A DNA stretch of 64,000 nucleotides from Asterias rubens. Its lineage: Eukaryota. The stretch covers positions 1,364,001-1,428,000 of the forward strand of contig NC_047082.1 of NCBI RefSeq assembly GCF_902459465.1, given 5' to 3'. Shown piece after piece: positions 49,495 to 63,378 of the stretch (within the stretch, counting starts at the first letter, position 1; every line of letters starts with the position of its first letter). The position numbers and the translations under genes are program-made. Below the pieces are notes generated by a model. The model worked only from the letters and a program-made list of their open reading frames with translations. It made no database searches and was not told where the DNA came from.

Positions 49495-49600
49495 TAGAAT
49501 GGGATTTGAACCAACGATCCCTTGGTTAAGCATGCCGGCGCTCTACCGACAGCTACCTAGCCTTATGCTGGTGTTCTCCCTAGTCAATTTTTCTTTGTTC
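49495..49600 (-). mobile_element. tRNA-derived SINE head
   Basis: Minus strand TAGCTGTCGGTAGAGCGCCGGCATG...GGTTCAAATCCCA. Confidence 0.6.
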
Positions 49601-50287
49601 AAACCCTAATCCCTCTGCTACTAGCAGGCATAATATCAAAGCAATACCATCAAAGATGCACAACCAAGCAATTTTAAGTTAGAAGTTGCAAAAGAAAGTG
49701 GCAAAATAACTCTAGAAATTAAAGGTCAAACATAGAATTGGTATTCGTACAAAAATAATCAAAACTCAAACTAGACTGAAAGCTCACTGAAAATTAAGTT
49801 CATGTCAGCACCAGTCTCCCATAGAAATGTTTATGTCTGAAACGCTGTCAAGATGCAGAAGACGTCATAATAACCGAAGTTAAAAACAATGTGTTTGAGA
49901 GCTTAAAAACTGTGCATGGTTTTTCCAAATTTGTCTCCCGACTCTGATAACAAACTGAGCCAAGATTATCAGAGATACTGTAGGTTCATGTAGGTGTTGA
50001 GTGACATTAAGCCAGAACTCTGATCTATCGAGTTTACCAATCCTGTTGGCCTATAACTTGTCCTTGACCTCTGCCTTGTGTTCATTTATTGCCAGGAAAT
50101 GTAACTAGCTGACAACTTGTATCGCAAATGTAACATTGTAAGCCTAACCTTTTTCCTGGTTGGTGAGCATTTCACATGGCCTTCGCTGTATTTAAACTTG
50201 TGTACATATTAAAGAAACTTGCGTAAAATAAATTTTAAGGAAGAAGAAGTGACAATGATACCCCTGGAACTGAACAGGAACATCTAA

Positions 50288-50690
50288 AGGCAAAGTATAC
50301 CTTTGGTTTTGGCAACAGTTCAACTGTATAAATGTAATATACAATAAAACTAACCTGTGAAATCATTTCAAAAGGTGATGGCCCGTAATCTGGAGCAGTT
50401 TTGTCCTCAAACAGGAAGAATAATCCGTAATTGGAATATACAAACTGAGAAGTATTTCATGCAGGAACAGTTCTCAGTTGTCTCTCTCTAAACTGATAAA
50501 CATTGTCACCAGCTGAAGTGCTTCAAGTAACTATAAAATAAATACTAAATAGTAAACTTGCGAGTATACAACCGTGTATAATATCTCTTTTTAGGGAGTG
50601 TTGGCTCTGAAAAGAGCCGGTGTGGTCTCGACGTTTCAAACAGTATACTCTACTCGTCTTTAGGAGTATTAACCAAGGGTATACCTCCCT
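50288..50690. mobile_element. Kolobok-type MITE (third family) carrying a PLE-type insert
   Basis: CTAA|AGGCAAAGTATACCTTTGGTT ... AACCAAGGGTATACCTCCCT|TTAA. Confidence 0.65.
50627..50666 (-). ncRNA. Degenerate minimal type I hammerhead ribozyme motif (Penelope-type)
   Basis: Minus strand CTC-CTAAAGA-C-GAGTAG-AGTATA-CTGTTT-GAAAC-GTC-GAG. Stems I and II, GAAA and the GUC cleavage triplet are present; core CUGANGA is mutated at G5. Confidence 0.5.
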
Positions 50691-52164
50691 TTAAGTGAAC
50701 TACATGTACCTATCCCCTAAGAGTGTTTTAAGATTGTCAAGCATAAAATAAACTTCAAACACTCATAGTTTGTGTTCCAGTAGTTCTATAACTCAAGACA
50801 TTGGTTTATCAGGGCAAATGAAACAAGTAGACTTATTTGTTGTTATGGTCAGGGATTTTTTGATTATCAATATTTGTTGTCCTCTTCAAAATTGATGGTG
50901 TACTCCTATAATATGTTTTTGTATATTTTTCTTGAAAGATTTGTAACAATTGATAATTGCTTGATATGTGTTGATATAAGTTATAAATGACATGTTGAAT
51001 AATATAAAAATTGTTGAGTAATTGGTTAACAGCATGGCAGAGATTTTGTCATTTTTAATTATCATAGTATTAGTACAGTATCAAGTCGTCAGCTGTGCTT
51101 TAAGGTCGTTAGTTGAAATTTCATACTCGGAATAACCAAAAGGTTGTAAAAAGTGAAAAAAAAAAACATTAATTTTTTTTTTAAATGAGTCAAAATCAAA
51201 AGTAAATGTTTTTTGTAGAAACTGAATGGTTTTTTTTGCCAACAATTACTTTGGAGACCACTCTTGACCAATAAACTCCATTTACCAGGAGCTCCAAAAT
51301 ATGTAAAAACAATTTGATGAAATCCTTATAAACTGCACTAATAACCCTATAGTCTTGATCCAAGGAGGTACCTCTCCCAACTAATGGTAAACTTTTACTC
51401 TCTTTAGAAATAGAACACAAAGAATGCCCGGATTAACTGTCGTATCTCCGTCTATCTAACTTCTACATGATCACCATAATATTTTGTAAAACAGCAAAAT
51501 TAACAAATTAAAAGAACACACAATTTTCAATTTGTGTTCCAATCAAAAGTATTATAATTTCTTTTTGCAAAATGTTCACATTGATATATGGTTGCCAAAA
51601 TAGGGAGACAGCCAACACAGTTTGTTGAGCGCTGGTCGAGGGTTCAAATCGCACTTGGATCTAGCAAAGCCCTTTTCTTATTGATGGCCATATTAGTGTA
51701 ATACATGCATTAAACAACAAATGGGACCTGAAGCTACATCCCATTTGAAGGACGAAACAATACTGGGAATTTAGTGTATCGCTTAAAGAGATAAGTGTAA
51801 TGAATGGGATTCGATCCCCACACTCTGCTGATCAGGAACACAAAGCTTGAGCGCACAACCCAGGTTACAGTTGTAAAATGCAATTAAAATTCCAAAGAAA
51901 TCTAAGCTGAAGTTTAAAAGGATTTTTTAGGGCGAGTCGTTGTCACCAAAGCAGTCAGTGCAGGGTTTCACTCCCAAGTTTATTGCCTCTGTGTTTTACA
52001 CTATCTGTATCATTAATGTGTTTGTCAATTAACCTAGAATTAAATCATGCCAAACTCCTGTCCTGCTGGATAAGTGATGCTGTAACAAACTATACTTTGC
52101 CGACTCCATTGATTGATGTGTACGAGTCTTTACTATTTGGGGGGGGGGGGGGAGGGGAGGCATC

Positions 52165-52300
52165 CGGCAACTGAATGATCAAGGCCAAGAGGCTGTCCGA
52201 GGACATCTTGGATCATGGTCCAAGAACTTGCAATCACAAGGTTGTGGGTTCGAATCCTACCAAGCTAACCGTTGATATCACAATGACTAGAATAAGTATT
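52165..52300 (+). mobile_element. tRNA-derived SINE fragment
   Basis: Box-B-like GGGTTCGAATCCTACC; similar to the 45280-45350 fragment. Confidence 0.45.
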
Positions 52301-54269
52301 ATTGTCTAGTTATTGAATTACAATTTATTGATTTGTGCAATTTCCATAATCATAGGTTAAACCAATGTTTGTATGAGAGAGGTTGGCTGTTGCCAGCTTA
52401 TGGTATCGATCAAGATTGGTCTCATCTCATCTAAACAAACGAACAAACAACATCTTGGTTCTACTGGTTCTACCATGGTTCTGCCCACTACTGTTGACAG
52501 GCTTTTGAATCAAGCAGACCACAGACTAAAGGATCGGCGCAAAGGTCTTGACAGTCTTGCGCAGAGTGAGTGAGCGAGTGGGGTTACTAAGTGGAGAGGA
52601 AAAAAGCTGCAATAGTTTTTGCCTTTTGGTTGATTTTACTCACCACTGCGGAGGTGTTTGGCTGCATATCTGTGATTGATAGTCGGGATGTAGCCTCAAT
52701 GTTGTTGTGCTGATAGATCATGGACAGAAAGGAAACACACTTGCAATGAATTAGCCAATCCATCGAACAGGAGAGAGTTTCTAGTACACACTACCTTATG
52801 GACCCATAGTTGCTCCATTATTCCCTTCTCTGAAATTATCTTTGAGGTGGTGTGCTTGAAGAACACAAGGACTGGCATCAGTTTATCAAAGTCGGCAAAC
52901 ACAAGAAACAGGCTTCAAAATGTAGCATGAGTAACACTTCAGCAAAGCCACTGCTCCACCTTGAACACTATTCTGCCAACTGCCACATTTCAGTGAGCAC
53001 CACCCCCAGCACCTCAATGGGCACCTAGCTGTGTTGTATACACTCTCCTGTGGATATTCTGTTGTCTACACTTCAGAAGAATCACATTCTTGAAAACATT
53101 CCGAAGTTTGCAGATTGGAAATTAAAAAAAAACACCCAACATTTTACCATGAGGTAAGACACTTGTAATTTATTTCTAAGGACTCCATCTCTTGAATAAT
53201 TAATGCACCACAAAACCGATTTTAACCTTATGTAGCTATTTTCTGGTAATCCTGGTCTTTCCAAAGCAGAAAACTCATTATAAACACAGAATAAAAAAAC
53301 AAAGATGTCTTGGTTCTGAAAGTTTTATTTCACTGACAAGTAGTACACATAAACACATTGTGTAAACATTTAGTACATTTTGGAAAAAAGAAAGTAACAG
53401 ATGAGATTACAATTAAGAGTTAATTCTACTGGAAAAGTTCTACATTACACTTTTATCTACAAGTTTATTGTTAGTTTTGCATCGAGTATCTCTATTTAGG
53501 AAGGCTGTAATAAAAATTAAGTTTCTCAAGTTTTTCTTTTCCTTTACTGTTTCGCAATATTGTTTAAAGTTTGAATGACTTTTGACTGTAGTTGTTACGA
53601 ATGCAGACTGCTTGGTGAGCAATAGAAAAAAAGGACAAAGTAATTGTGGTAAATTTAAGTTTGAGTGTATTGGATTGACAGTTTTAGCTAGACCTCCGCC
53701 TGCCTTCCAAATTTCCCCATTGGGCTAAAAAAAAAAAAGAGGAAATGGGCGATCACACTCAACTCTTTTACAGTGTTTTTCAGTTAAAGGTTTCAGTTGC
53801 ATGTCCGAGATTGACAGTGTCACCAAGGCCAGATTGCTGTTGCTGCTGGAAGCCAATGAAGGTATTGTGTGAACTCTTAAGTGTTTGTTTCAATGAGAAA
53901 TACTTTTTCTTTCTTAAGTGCCGGTAAAGTATCCACAAACAACATTGCAAGAAAACCTTTTTTTAGACAATTATTTTGGAGGTTCATTAGCTTCCAATCA
54001 AAAGTTACCCCCTTTTTCTGTAATGATGTAGGGTTTTTGATAGTAACAACAAATAGATGCAATCCTTTTTTAAGTTACCCATTGCAAAGAGGGACTGATA
54101 TTCATGCTGACATTCACCACTAAATACATTTTATTGCCAATAATTTGGTGTCACACAATGAAGAGAAAAACAAAGTTGTTGTCACCCGAGGACCAATCAA
54201 GGTTTATATCCCAATTGGGAAAAATTATCCTGATTGAAGTGAAGATTTATCTTGACCGAGGTAAAGCAT

Positions 54270-54490
54270 ACTACCACTTGGAGCAAAGCATATCCCAATT
54301 GGAGAAAGTATACCCAAGTAAAGTATTACCACTTGGAGTAAAGCATATCCCAATTGGAGAAAGTATACCCAAGTAAAGTATTACCACTTGGAGCAAAGCA
54401 TATCCCAATTGGGAGAAGTATACCCTAAGTAAAGTGTACCACTTGGAATAAAGGTTATCCCAATTTGGGTAAGTATACCCCAATTGGAGT
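54270..54490. repeat. Minisatellite, about 4 x 55 bp
   Basis: TACCACTTGGAGCAAAGCATATCCCAATTGGAGAAAGTATACCCAAGTAAAGTAT repeated. Confidence 0.9.
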
Positions 54491-54917
54491 AAATGCTGAT
54501 TCTAATTAGGGTAAAGGTTTGTCCTGATTAACAAGGCCCTGGTTTAAGAGCTTTCCAAGTGCTATGTTATTGCTTGCACACTGTTTTTTGTCCATCCAAA
54601 AACAGTACACCCCATTTAAACCAAAATAAGCTCCGCCCTAATTTTATTGAGCTGCTCCTTTTTGGGAGAAAAAGAAGGCTATACAGGCAGTAGGTATAGT
54701 ATGCATATCAGTGTCTCTGTGCATATCTGAAAGTTGAAAACAAAACTAGGGTAAGCCAGGGTTTATACCCCAGAACAAAATTGGCATTTTGCACAAAGAA
54801 ACTGTCACATTGCAGCCATTTTGTTTTCTTGCATATTTGTCCACATGTATCCAAATTGAGGCTTGAATGAGATTAGGCTGGTTCCTTGTGTATTGAATGG
54901 AAGAGAATTTGGTGCTA

Positions 54918-55186
54918 AACGAGACTGGTGCTTTTTTCAAACTACATTCGTTTCCATGGCCAATTTTACCCAATGAGAGGGGCAACATGGATGCCCTTTC
55001 TTCAAACTTCATTTCATTGCCCCATCTTGCCTCGTGGAGGGGCAACATGGATGCTTTTTCCTCAAACTACCGTCGCCTCATTTTCCCTTTCTGCCTCATG
55101 GAGAGGCAAAAATATTGGAACTTTTTCTTCAAACTACATGCATTTCATTGATCATTTTGCCCAAAGGAGGGGCAACATGGATGCTT
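54918..55186. repeat. Degenerate minisatellite (about 60-bp unit, 4-5 copies)
   Basis: Recurring GGAGGGGCAACATGGATGC..TTC.TCAAACT.C. Confidence 0.75.
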
Positions 55187-58100
55187 TAAAAGTCTATTGC
55201 TTCACACGAGTATAGTCAGACTATCCTCTACTAAAAAATGCACAGCACGTTTTCTTTAATCCTTCTCATTAAAGATGAATACACCCGCTGTTTCTAGAAC
55301 AAAAAAAATAAAAAATAAACGACATCAACAATGACAAAAGTCACATTTTCAGACTTTGAAGATTCTGCTAAACATTGAACCATTTCTTCCAACTGCAGGA
55401 AACTGTTTGAGTTACCCAAAGTATCTAAAGGCACCGTCTATCTTAGCTTGAAACTAAAACTCAACTTCTTTTGATTCTGTCAAATATAAATTAAGCTACA
55501 CTTAATAGATGTACATGGAATTTATTATAAAAAAAGTAGTAGTGTTGTTTACTCTCGTACTTGTATTCAAACTAAAACACATTTTTTTTCACGGAGACAT
55601 CGTTAAAAGTTACAATTAATTTTACGACAAACATCAATATTAAGTTCGCTAATTAAAGTATTTAAATTAGTATAGCTGTAATTTGGTTTTAAAACCCTTG
55701 ACTCTCATCTGGCACTCGGTCACTCACAAAGAATCTAATGCACTCGCTCTGTCACGCCAAATCTCACACGCTCATGTAGTTTCTTATTTGCTCGTTCACA
55801 CACTTGTTCATACTCACGCACTTGCTCACTCGCACGGATTCTCACACACTTTTCTCAACTCTCACTCTGTATACCATCCGTTCTATCCCACTCTCGTCAA
55901 TAAATAAGTTTTGCAGTTAGGATGCGTTTACCACATGCCACAGCACAGAAAAATAAGGGGAATTATTGCACGATCCCTACAAAAGAAAACTTTTAAACTC
56001 GTAGCATATACATACATTGACATGGTTTTTTAAACTACAGTAGTTCATATGTACAGAGAGCATCCCGTCTGTTTCTAGTAATTGCTATCAATTTTTTATT
56101 TTAAATATCTACTGAGCATGTCCAGTGCTCTTTGACCTCTTTTATAGAAAACAATACGCTGATATCCTGCCAGGCTGTGCCTGAAATAGCCGCTTCGTCA
56201 ATGGCTCTGGCTAACACAAAAGCCGATGACCACTGCCAAAAAGGGCTGTTTAGACGCAGCCTTAAATTCAGCCTTTTTCTTGCCTTCTTTCATCTGTCTA
56301 CAGAAAAATAAACACAACTTCTTCCTTTTTTCCTCACTTGGCAACAGTCTTGTTGAGTTGACCAATACCAGCCTGTTATAAATAAGACAGACTAAACTTT
56401 TTAACAGTACATCAGATCTGATTGGCCGAGTGTCATACCACACCCAGATATGCAAACTAGGGATTTGACCTTTGTGCATCCCCAAAATTCATTTTACTTC
56501 TATGGAGCAGGAATATAATGCTGAGATTTGTATCGGACAATAAATTATTGTATATAGTACTACTGTCTGTACCTGGCATGATTTACCATTAACGAGGGCC
56601 AACAAAAGAAATTGAAAATGGAGCTGTACAAATGAATTGCAATAAATGGCTTTGTTTGGTCTGAGCCCTTAGGGTCTTCCGTTAAAAAAAGTATAATAAT
56701 TAAATGGCAAATACAGTCACAACCGGAAAAACGAGTAGCTCATTCCAAGATATGTCCCAACAGTGACAAACGTCTTCCCAGAATAAAAAATAAATAAATA
56801 AAAATTGTAAAAAACTGTGGGCAAATTTTATTTTTTGGCAATTTCATAATTTAAAGAGGGCCATGTGATCATGATCATACAGGCCTTTGGATGTGCATGG
56901 AACTATGAGCGCACGCTCTCCATGTACAACCCAGACCTGTTTTGACCTTGACGATTTTAAGCCCCTTATAATGGACAGCGAACAACACCAGACTGTTCCG
57001 TGTACTACATAAACCCCCCTCCCTCCCTTAATATAGACCTTTATCACGCAGTCACCATCTTGGTAATGTTCCTCGTTTCCAATAACAGTAATGAATGCTA
57101 ACATTCATTACGCATGGCACCAGACTATTATTTCGTCTAGCCTCAGTTTGGTTACAGTGAGTTGGAATGGGGTAATATCAAGATGACCACACCATGATAA
57201 AGGTCTATAGGTCGCTAGAAAAACTTCCAAAACAAAAATGAAAATTTCATTATATACAAGCACACAATCCCTTACTGGACGTTTACATACAAATGATCAC
57301 GGAATATTTTCACAATTTCGTTCGTATAAAAATAATTCAAACTTAAGAAAAAACAAAAATCCCATGAAGGTAGTTATCTGCATACATATTTAAACTGCAT
57401 CAGATTTCAATTATTATTATCATCATTTGTATAAACAAAAACATAACAGTTACTAATTTTGATAAGCCAAGTATAATCCATATCTACCCGACTGGTCAAA
57501 GTACATAAACACTGTTCCTATGGCTATTCAGAAATGGGTTGAAGGCTGGTTTCTGTTTAAACAACTTTGAATTACATGTGCATTATTGAAAATAAGGAAA
57601 GGTCGTCATTGACTGTGAAGATATTGAACAATCGACTTGATCTAAAGATGAGAAAACACCATCGAAATAGAAACTATTTCTCAAGATAATTTAGTCAAGT
57701 ACTATTTTGAAAACCACCTCAAAATGCATTTTAAACAAAACACTACTTGAACACAACAGCAATACCATTAATAATGGAAGGGTTAAGGGTTTTTGACAAT
57801 GAAAGACTACAGATACAGCTGATCTGTATAGAAGAACTAAACTTGCAAGACTGTTGTATATTCTCGCCATCATAACAAACCAAGTACTACTGGTCTTTTC
57901 ATTGAGATTTTGTTTTTATAAGAAGGGAGGGGTTTGTAAAACAAGAGGTTTTAAAGAGTTTGGTCTCGCCATGTTTTGGTCTGACTCTCGTTTTATAATT
58001 TCTTCATAGCTGTGAGTGGTATAATTTTAATAAGCAGGTACACTTTTAAGTATGGCCGACTGTCGTCTGCTTAGTTTTATATACTAGCATCAAGTCTGTT

Positions 58101-58230
58101 AACAGCCCAGTACTATTTTATGACTGACCAGTACCTGGTTGTCTCAAGAATCCAACAGCTCTCATCAAGCTGCCTTACAAGTCCTGAGACAACCAGGAGT
58201 GGGTATGGACCTTACAGTAGAATTCTTCAT

Positions 58231-61200
58231 CTACGTGGCCGACACAGCAATGTTATTGACAACTGCTGATCCCACCGCTGCCACCGTTGCTGTTGGTTTC
58301 ACTTTGGCGCTCTCCACACTCTCAAACTCCATCGGGGTACCTTCTTCCTCCGGCGGGGTCTCCGGCCGATCCTCGGCGCCCTTTGTATCCAGAGTCATCA
58401 GAAATGCTTCAATGTTTTCCCGGCTCAGTCCAGACCTAGCCGGCTGCGGCAGGGCGGCTGCTGCGGGTGGGACGGGCGAAGCCGCTTGGCTCTGCACGTC
58501 GGCAAGGTGCTTGATAAGTGTGTTGCGCAGTTCGTCCAGCTGGTGGGTCAGCGTTCGGTGCTTCTCTTCCATGGAGTTGTGCTCTTTCTCGGCGACGTGG
58601 AGCTTGCCCTCCATGGAGTAGATCTGTCCACGCAGTTTAATCATCTGCGACTCCATCTGGCAATTGTTGTGCTGGAGTTCACTGATTTCAGAGTCCAGAG
58701 CACGGATTTCCTCATCGTTTTCTATTCCTGTCATCAAACAAGAAAATACCCAATTTAAAAAAGTCCTTGAGACAACAAGGCTACAAAAATTTGCTTTTAA
58801 AGAGTGGCTGAAATGAGTCGTCTCCTTTTCCAAATCGGCAAGATCATAAACTTTTTTACCTAAACACCAGGCCTGGAATTACGCGCAGGACACAGCCTCC
58901 ATTGCAGCTGGTCTTGGCCTTGGTTGCCTTTTCAACACGTTCAAAGATGAATTTCCAAGCCTGAAATACTGCACAATATATGGGCAAGCTCTGTATTATA
59001 AAGGGTACGTGCCCGAAAAATCAAAGAGTTTTTACCTTGTGATGCTTTGACTGAGATAGCAGCGATGTCTTCTCCGTTGAGTCTGGCCTTCTTCATGACG
59101 CCGGTGGCTCGAGGGCATCCAGAGAGGCTACGGTGAGATGAGAAGCTACCGTTACAGTGGCCTGAACCATCACAACCAGGTATTGGACAACTATGTACAG
59201 GTAACAACACCAAGCATAGGAGCAGCGGGGGGAGAAGCCAAAGATACATGCACAGGTTTGGGTCATAGAGGGAATGAGGAGAAAGGCAGTAGGTTTGAAG
59301 ATGGGTTAGGACATGCAGAATAAGTATGAATTGTGGATGCAAGAGTTGACAATCAAATTATAAGAGTAAGAGGTGTTATTTAGGAAGGTAGTGTTGGAAA
59401 TGTCCAAAAGGGATTTAGTAAAAGATATTGACGCCATTAATGTGGATAAATTGCAGAAGTAGCAACAGGTGCAGAGGAAGGTACATGAAGAAGAAGTATG
59501 ATGCACAAGTAGAATTTAAATGCATTCGCAACAGAAATAGGAAGGTATTTAAAATGGTGGCAGAAGAGGGATCATGCATGGAGGGTGAAATGAAGAGTAG
59601 TTTTGAGACGATTGATAAGGAGCAGAAGTTCAAGCGGAATATGTAGATGAGAATAAGATGAACCAGGGGATGGGGATGGCAGATTGTGAAGCAGCATTAG
59701 CAGGAGCATTAAAAGAGAATTAACATAGTGATGCAGAGGTAATGTTGACAGTGGTGTTAAGTAGTGGCAGAGGATCATGAATTGAGGTGACAGAGATAGT
59801 TGAACCAGGAAGCGGTTGTTTGTTCAGGAAATTGGAAGGGGATATAAGAATCATCACAGGAGAGGTGTTGAGGGTACAGGAGAGTTGTAGACCAAGGTCG
59901 GAACACGGCAACAGGAGAGATGGGGGCAAATCAAAAGAAAACAAAAATAAACATGCAACATCAAGAGCAAAAAAAACACCTTAAAAAATAAGACACCAAA
60001 TATGTTTGGTCTCAAAATTCTGCCTTGTTTCTAAAAATGGAGGTTTATTAAGCAAACCTATGCATTGTGAAAGCATTTTTAGTTTGATATGATGCTTTTG
60101 TTCTGGTAAGTTTGCCCCAAACTTTCTTAATTGAAACAAGGCAGAAACAGAGACCAAACGATGGGAGACTTAGAGGGCAGCAGACAAACTGAGTGAACTA
60201 CCATTATTTAAGCAGCTCTGAAGCATGCATATCTTTCCAAAGAACACATGGTAAGTCTGCTGCCACCTAGTGTTCAAAAGGTCTCAAAAATAAAATCAAC
60301 ATAGCCAGCCACTGTAGAGGATTACAATAAATGCCCACCATGCAGGAATTACACAGAACATCCCCAACCACATGCAATCATGATCATGAAATAGGTAACA
60401 AACTTAATCATACTATGTCATATTCTGTGAATACCTTATGAAACTGATACTGTTAGGGACCAGACTATTTTTCCTTTTTTAATATAAATATTGCTCATCA
60501 AAATTGATAAAACCACAACAAATGTTGCATATTTCAAATTCATATGCTCATCAATGAACAGCAGTAATCAACTTAAACACATCACATTGATAATGGTTTT
60601 TTGTGAAGCTAAAAATTCGTGTGGTTATCAGATTTATTTTTGATCTGAAACTCTGTAAATTGAGGAGGGGCGGGGGTACACTGGGGGAGGGGGCTTACTA
60701 GCAGAGGAGGGACTTACCTAGGGGTCTCCATCTTGATGGTCTTGGGTGCGGCTGCAGCCGGCATACCGGGGGGCTGCTCATTGTTGCTGTACCCATCCCA
60801 TAGGTACGTCTGGTAGGCCTTGGATGCAAGGGGGCACCCTGAGGCACTGCGGTGTGAGGCGTACTTGCCGGTCAGATGGCCTGACCCGTCACAGTTGGGA
60901 ACTGGACACCTGGAAAAATACAGCCATATTAAGAGTTTAAAGCATCTTCAAGTACCACCTGCAGGTGGGACAGGCGAAATTTGGGGATTTGAACCAACAA
61001 CCTCCAGATTAATGTGCTGGCACTCCACCAACTGAGTTATCTAACTTTATGTTGGGGGTCTCCCTATTTTGTTAAAATCTTTGTTGGGGTGCCAGTCGAA
61101 AGCCATACAACTGTTTACTGTCATGTAGCCAGGGATCACACCCATGCTTTTGATACACCGTGGGAAAGGACAGTCAGGGGATCACCTTAAGGGGGATGCA

Positions 61201-61830
61201 ACTTTTTATGACAGATTTCAAATAATGAACCACAAGGGAAATGTACTATTGTGTAATATAAAAAGACGACTACATGTGTGTTCCTGTGAGATTACCTTTT
61301 CAATTCAACCCAACACTACAGCCCTTAATCAGTCAAAATACGATTTAAAAAGTCTGAAAGGTCTGAAACTATGATCATCATTTCAGGGAACATGTAGAAA
61401 AATGCCAGAGGACAACACCTAATGACCAGTCAAAGTTCACACCCCAAGTGGTCTGGCTGGCTAGCTAGTTCAGCGTTGAAAAGCAAACCCATTTAATTTG
61501 ACAAATCGATTTGGGAAAAAGCAAAAAAGCTGACGGACTAGAGAAATGACGAGCTATCTGGTCCTGTTGGCCAGTAACTAAAAAAATTATAGTAGGATTT
61601 GGGAACGTCTCTGGCCAAACACGGTTACAAATTTCTACCTGAACAATTCTGTTCTCTAATCAACCAACCTGACAAGAGGATCCTCCGGGTTCTCCTCATC
61701 TCCTTCAGACTGCCTCTTGATTACTGTCATCATGCTACGTTTCTTGGCACGGGGGCAACCGGACAGGCTGCGATGGGACGTGTAATTGCCTGTGATGTGC
61801 CCTGAGCCGTCACACCCTGGTGTTGGGCAC
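58231..61830 (-). CDS. MYT1: MYT1/MYT1L/ST18-family CCHHC zinc-finger transcription factor, 3' part only (last 4 coding exons; gene continues beyond the window)
   Basis: Exons 61669-61830, 60718-60909, 59036-59190, 58231-58727 with matching phases (2,2,1). Three fingers: [78 protein letters not shown]. They are followed by the family coiled coil [32 protein letters not shown]. Stop TAG at 58231-58233. Confidence 0.93.
60975..61190 (-). mobile_element. tRNA-derived SINE in a MYT1 intron
   Basis: Minus strand AGATAACTCAGTTGGTGGAGTGCCAGCACATTAATCTGGAGGTTGTTGGTTCAAATCCC. Confidence 0.65.
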
Positions 61831-62189
61831 CTGTGATGGGAAAATCTGTGTTTAGTTTATCGCATTTGGGGCTTTCTTTATTTAATTTTTTTTTAATTTT
61901 GTTTTTATTTGGGGGTTCACTCCAGAGATTCATAACTGCATCAATATCATATGGAATGCTGGCTTGAGAATAAACAAGTTTCTGTACATTTACCATGTAA
62001 AAGGAAACGGAACACAACTGAAACATTTCACGTCTGGTTCTTCTACAATTAAAGATAAAGTCATATCGTCATCTTTGTGAGGCACCTGGCAATTAAGAAG
62101 ACATGCTAGCTTGAGCCAGTGCAAAAAAAAAACAGAACTTTGTTTCAAAAAGAGCAGTTTTATCTAGTTGCAAAAAAAAAAAAATGAAA

Positions 62190-62417
62190 GAAAAAAAACC
62201 GTTGTTGCGTAGCATTGTGTGCTTTCAAATGCCTAAAAAAGTCTTTCTCAGATTCTAATATTTTATTGAGAAATTATCTCTTTCTAAAAAAAAAATACTC
62301 TAAAGACTGAAAGAGAGCCGTTTCTCACAATGTTTTATACTATCAACAGCTCTCCTTTGTTCGTTTCTAAGTAAGTTTTTATGATAAAAAAGTATATATT
62401 TTGAGTGTCCAGTACCT
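62190..62417. mobile_element. Partial Kolobok-type MITE, family A
   Basis: GAGCCGTTTCTCACAATGTTTTATACTATCAAC ... GTGTCCAGTACCT|TTAA. Confidence 0.6.
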
Positions 62418-62790
62418 TTAAACAAATGGACTGGCTTATTCAAAATGTTGCTTTTTGTTAGTGACATTCACCAATGATCTTGAATTGCTGAGTAAGGGAG
62501 TAAGAGAGCAAGGATGGTATTAGGTCAGTTTAGGAAGATGTTGATAAGTAATAAAAGGATGATGATAATGTGTTATCAGTGACTGTAAGAAAAGATGAGA
62601 GGGTGTTACGCTGCGACGGCCAAAAGAAAAAATGGTTCCGTGAAAAATACGACAACATTTATTTTCTAATTTCAAAAGTTTCCATGTTTATCTCCTTCAA
62701 AGGGAAATATTACTGAAAACATACAAAAAAATCAAAAAATTTCAAAAACACGTTTGCAAAAAGTAGTTAATGTCTGTCGTTTTGACAATT

Positions 62791-62885
62791 ACAGGGTCTT
62801 TCTCGATAAAGACTCTAGGGCCAAAACATCAGGCCATGAACTATTCTTTTGCATTTATACCATAGGTCCTTTTGGTTGGTAACAG
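62791..62885 (+). repeat. Penelope-like terminal fragment, second copy
   Basis: Homologous to the reverse complement of 4237-4320. Confidence 0.5.
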
Positions 62886-63024
62886 CTAATTCTATTTTCC
62901 AATTCAATGTAGTCTGATAGAGGTCTGTTCAAGTGTAAAATATAATTTCTTTTAAAAGAAAGCCAAATGTGGTATTTGTTTCAAAGTGAAAAAATGTGTA
63001 ACTTATTTAAAACGTTTGCCTTAA

Positions 63025-63378
63025 AGATGCTATTTTTGGCCCAATACATTAAAAAATAGATTTTTTTGAGTGAATGGTATTTCAAAGAATATCGCCAGCT
63101 CTAACGAAAAAAAGTTTAACTTTACTTTTAATGGTCAGAAATCATGACAAAAATTTTAAACGTTTCTTATAAAACACATAAGAATTGGTCACGTGATATA
63201 TTGTCGTAATTCCGACTAATTTTGAGCACTTCATTTCACTGCTACTAATAATTGGCAGACTTTTTCGAGCAATGGCTCAAATGAAAGCTTGTAACTTTCT
63301 CGACCCCCATCAAAATACCTATTGAATTTTAAATCAAAATTTTGGGGTCAAATCGGCCAAAAATCTTACATAGCATCT
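63025..63378. mobile_element. Kolobok-type MITE (fourth family)
   Basis: TTAA|AGATGCTAT..TTTTTGGCC ... GGCCAAAAAT..ATAGCATCT|TTAA. Confidence 0.75.
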
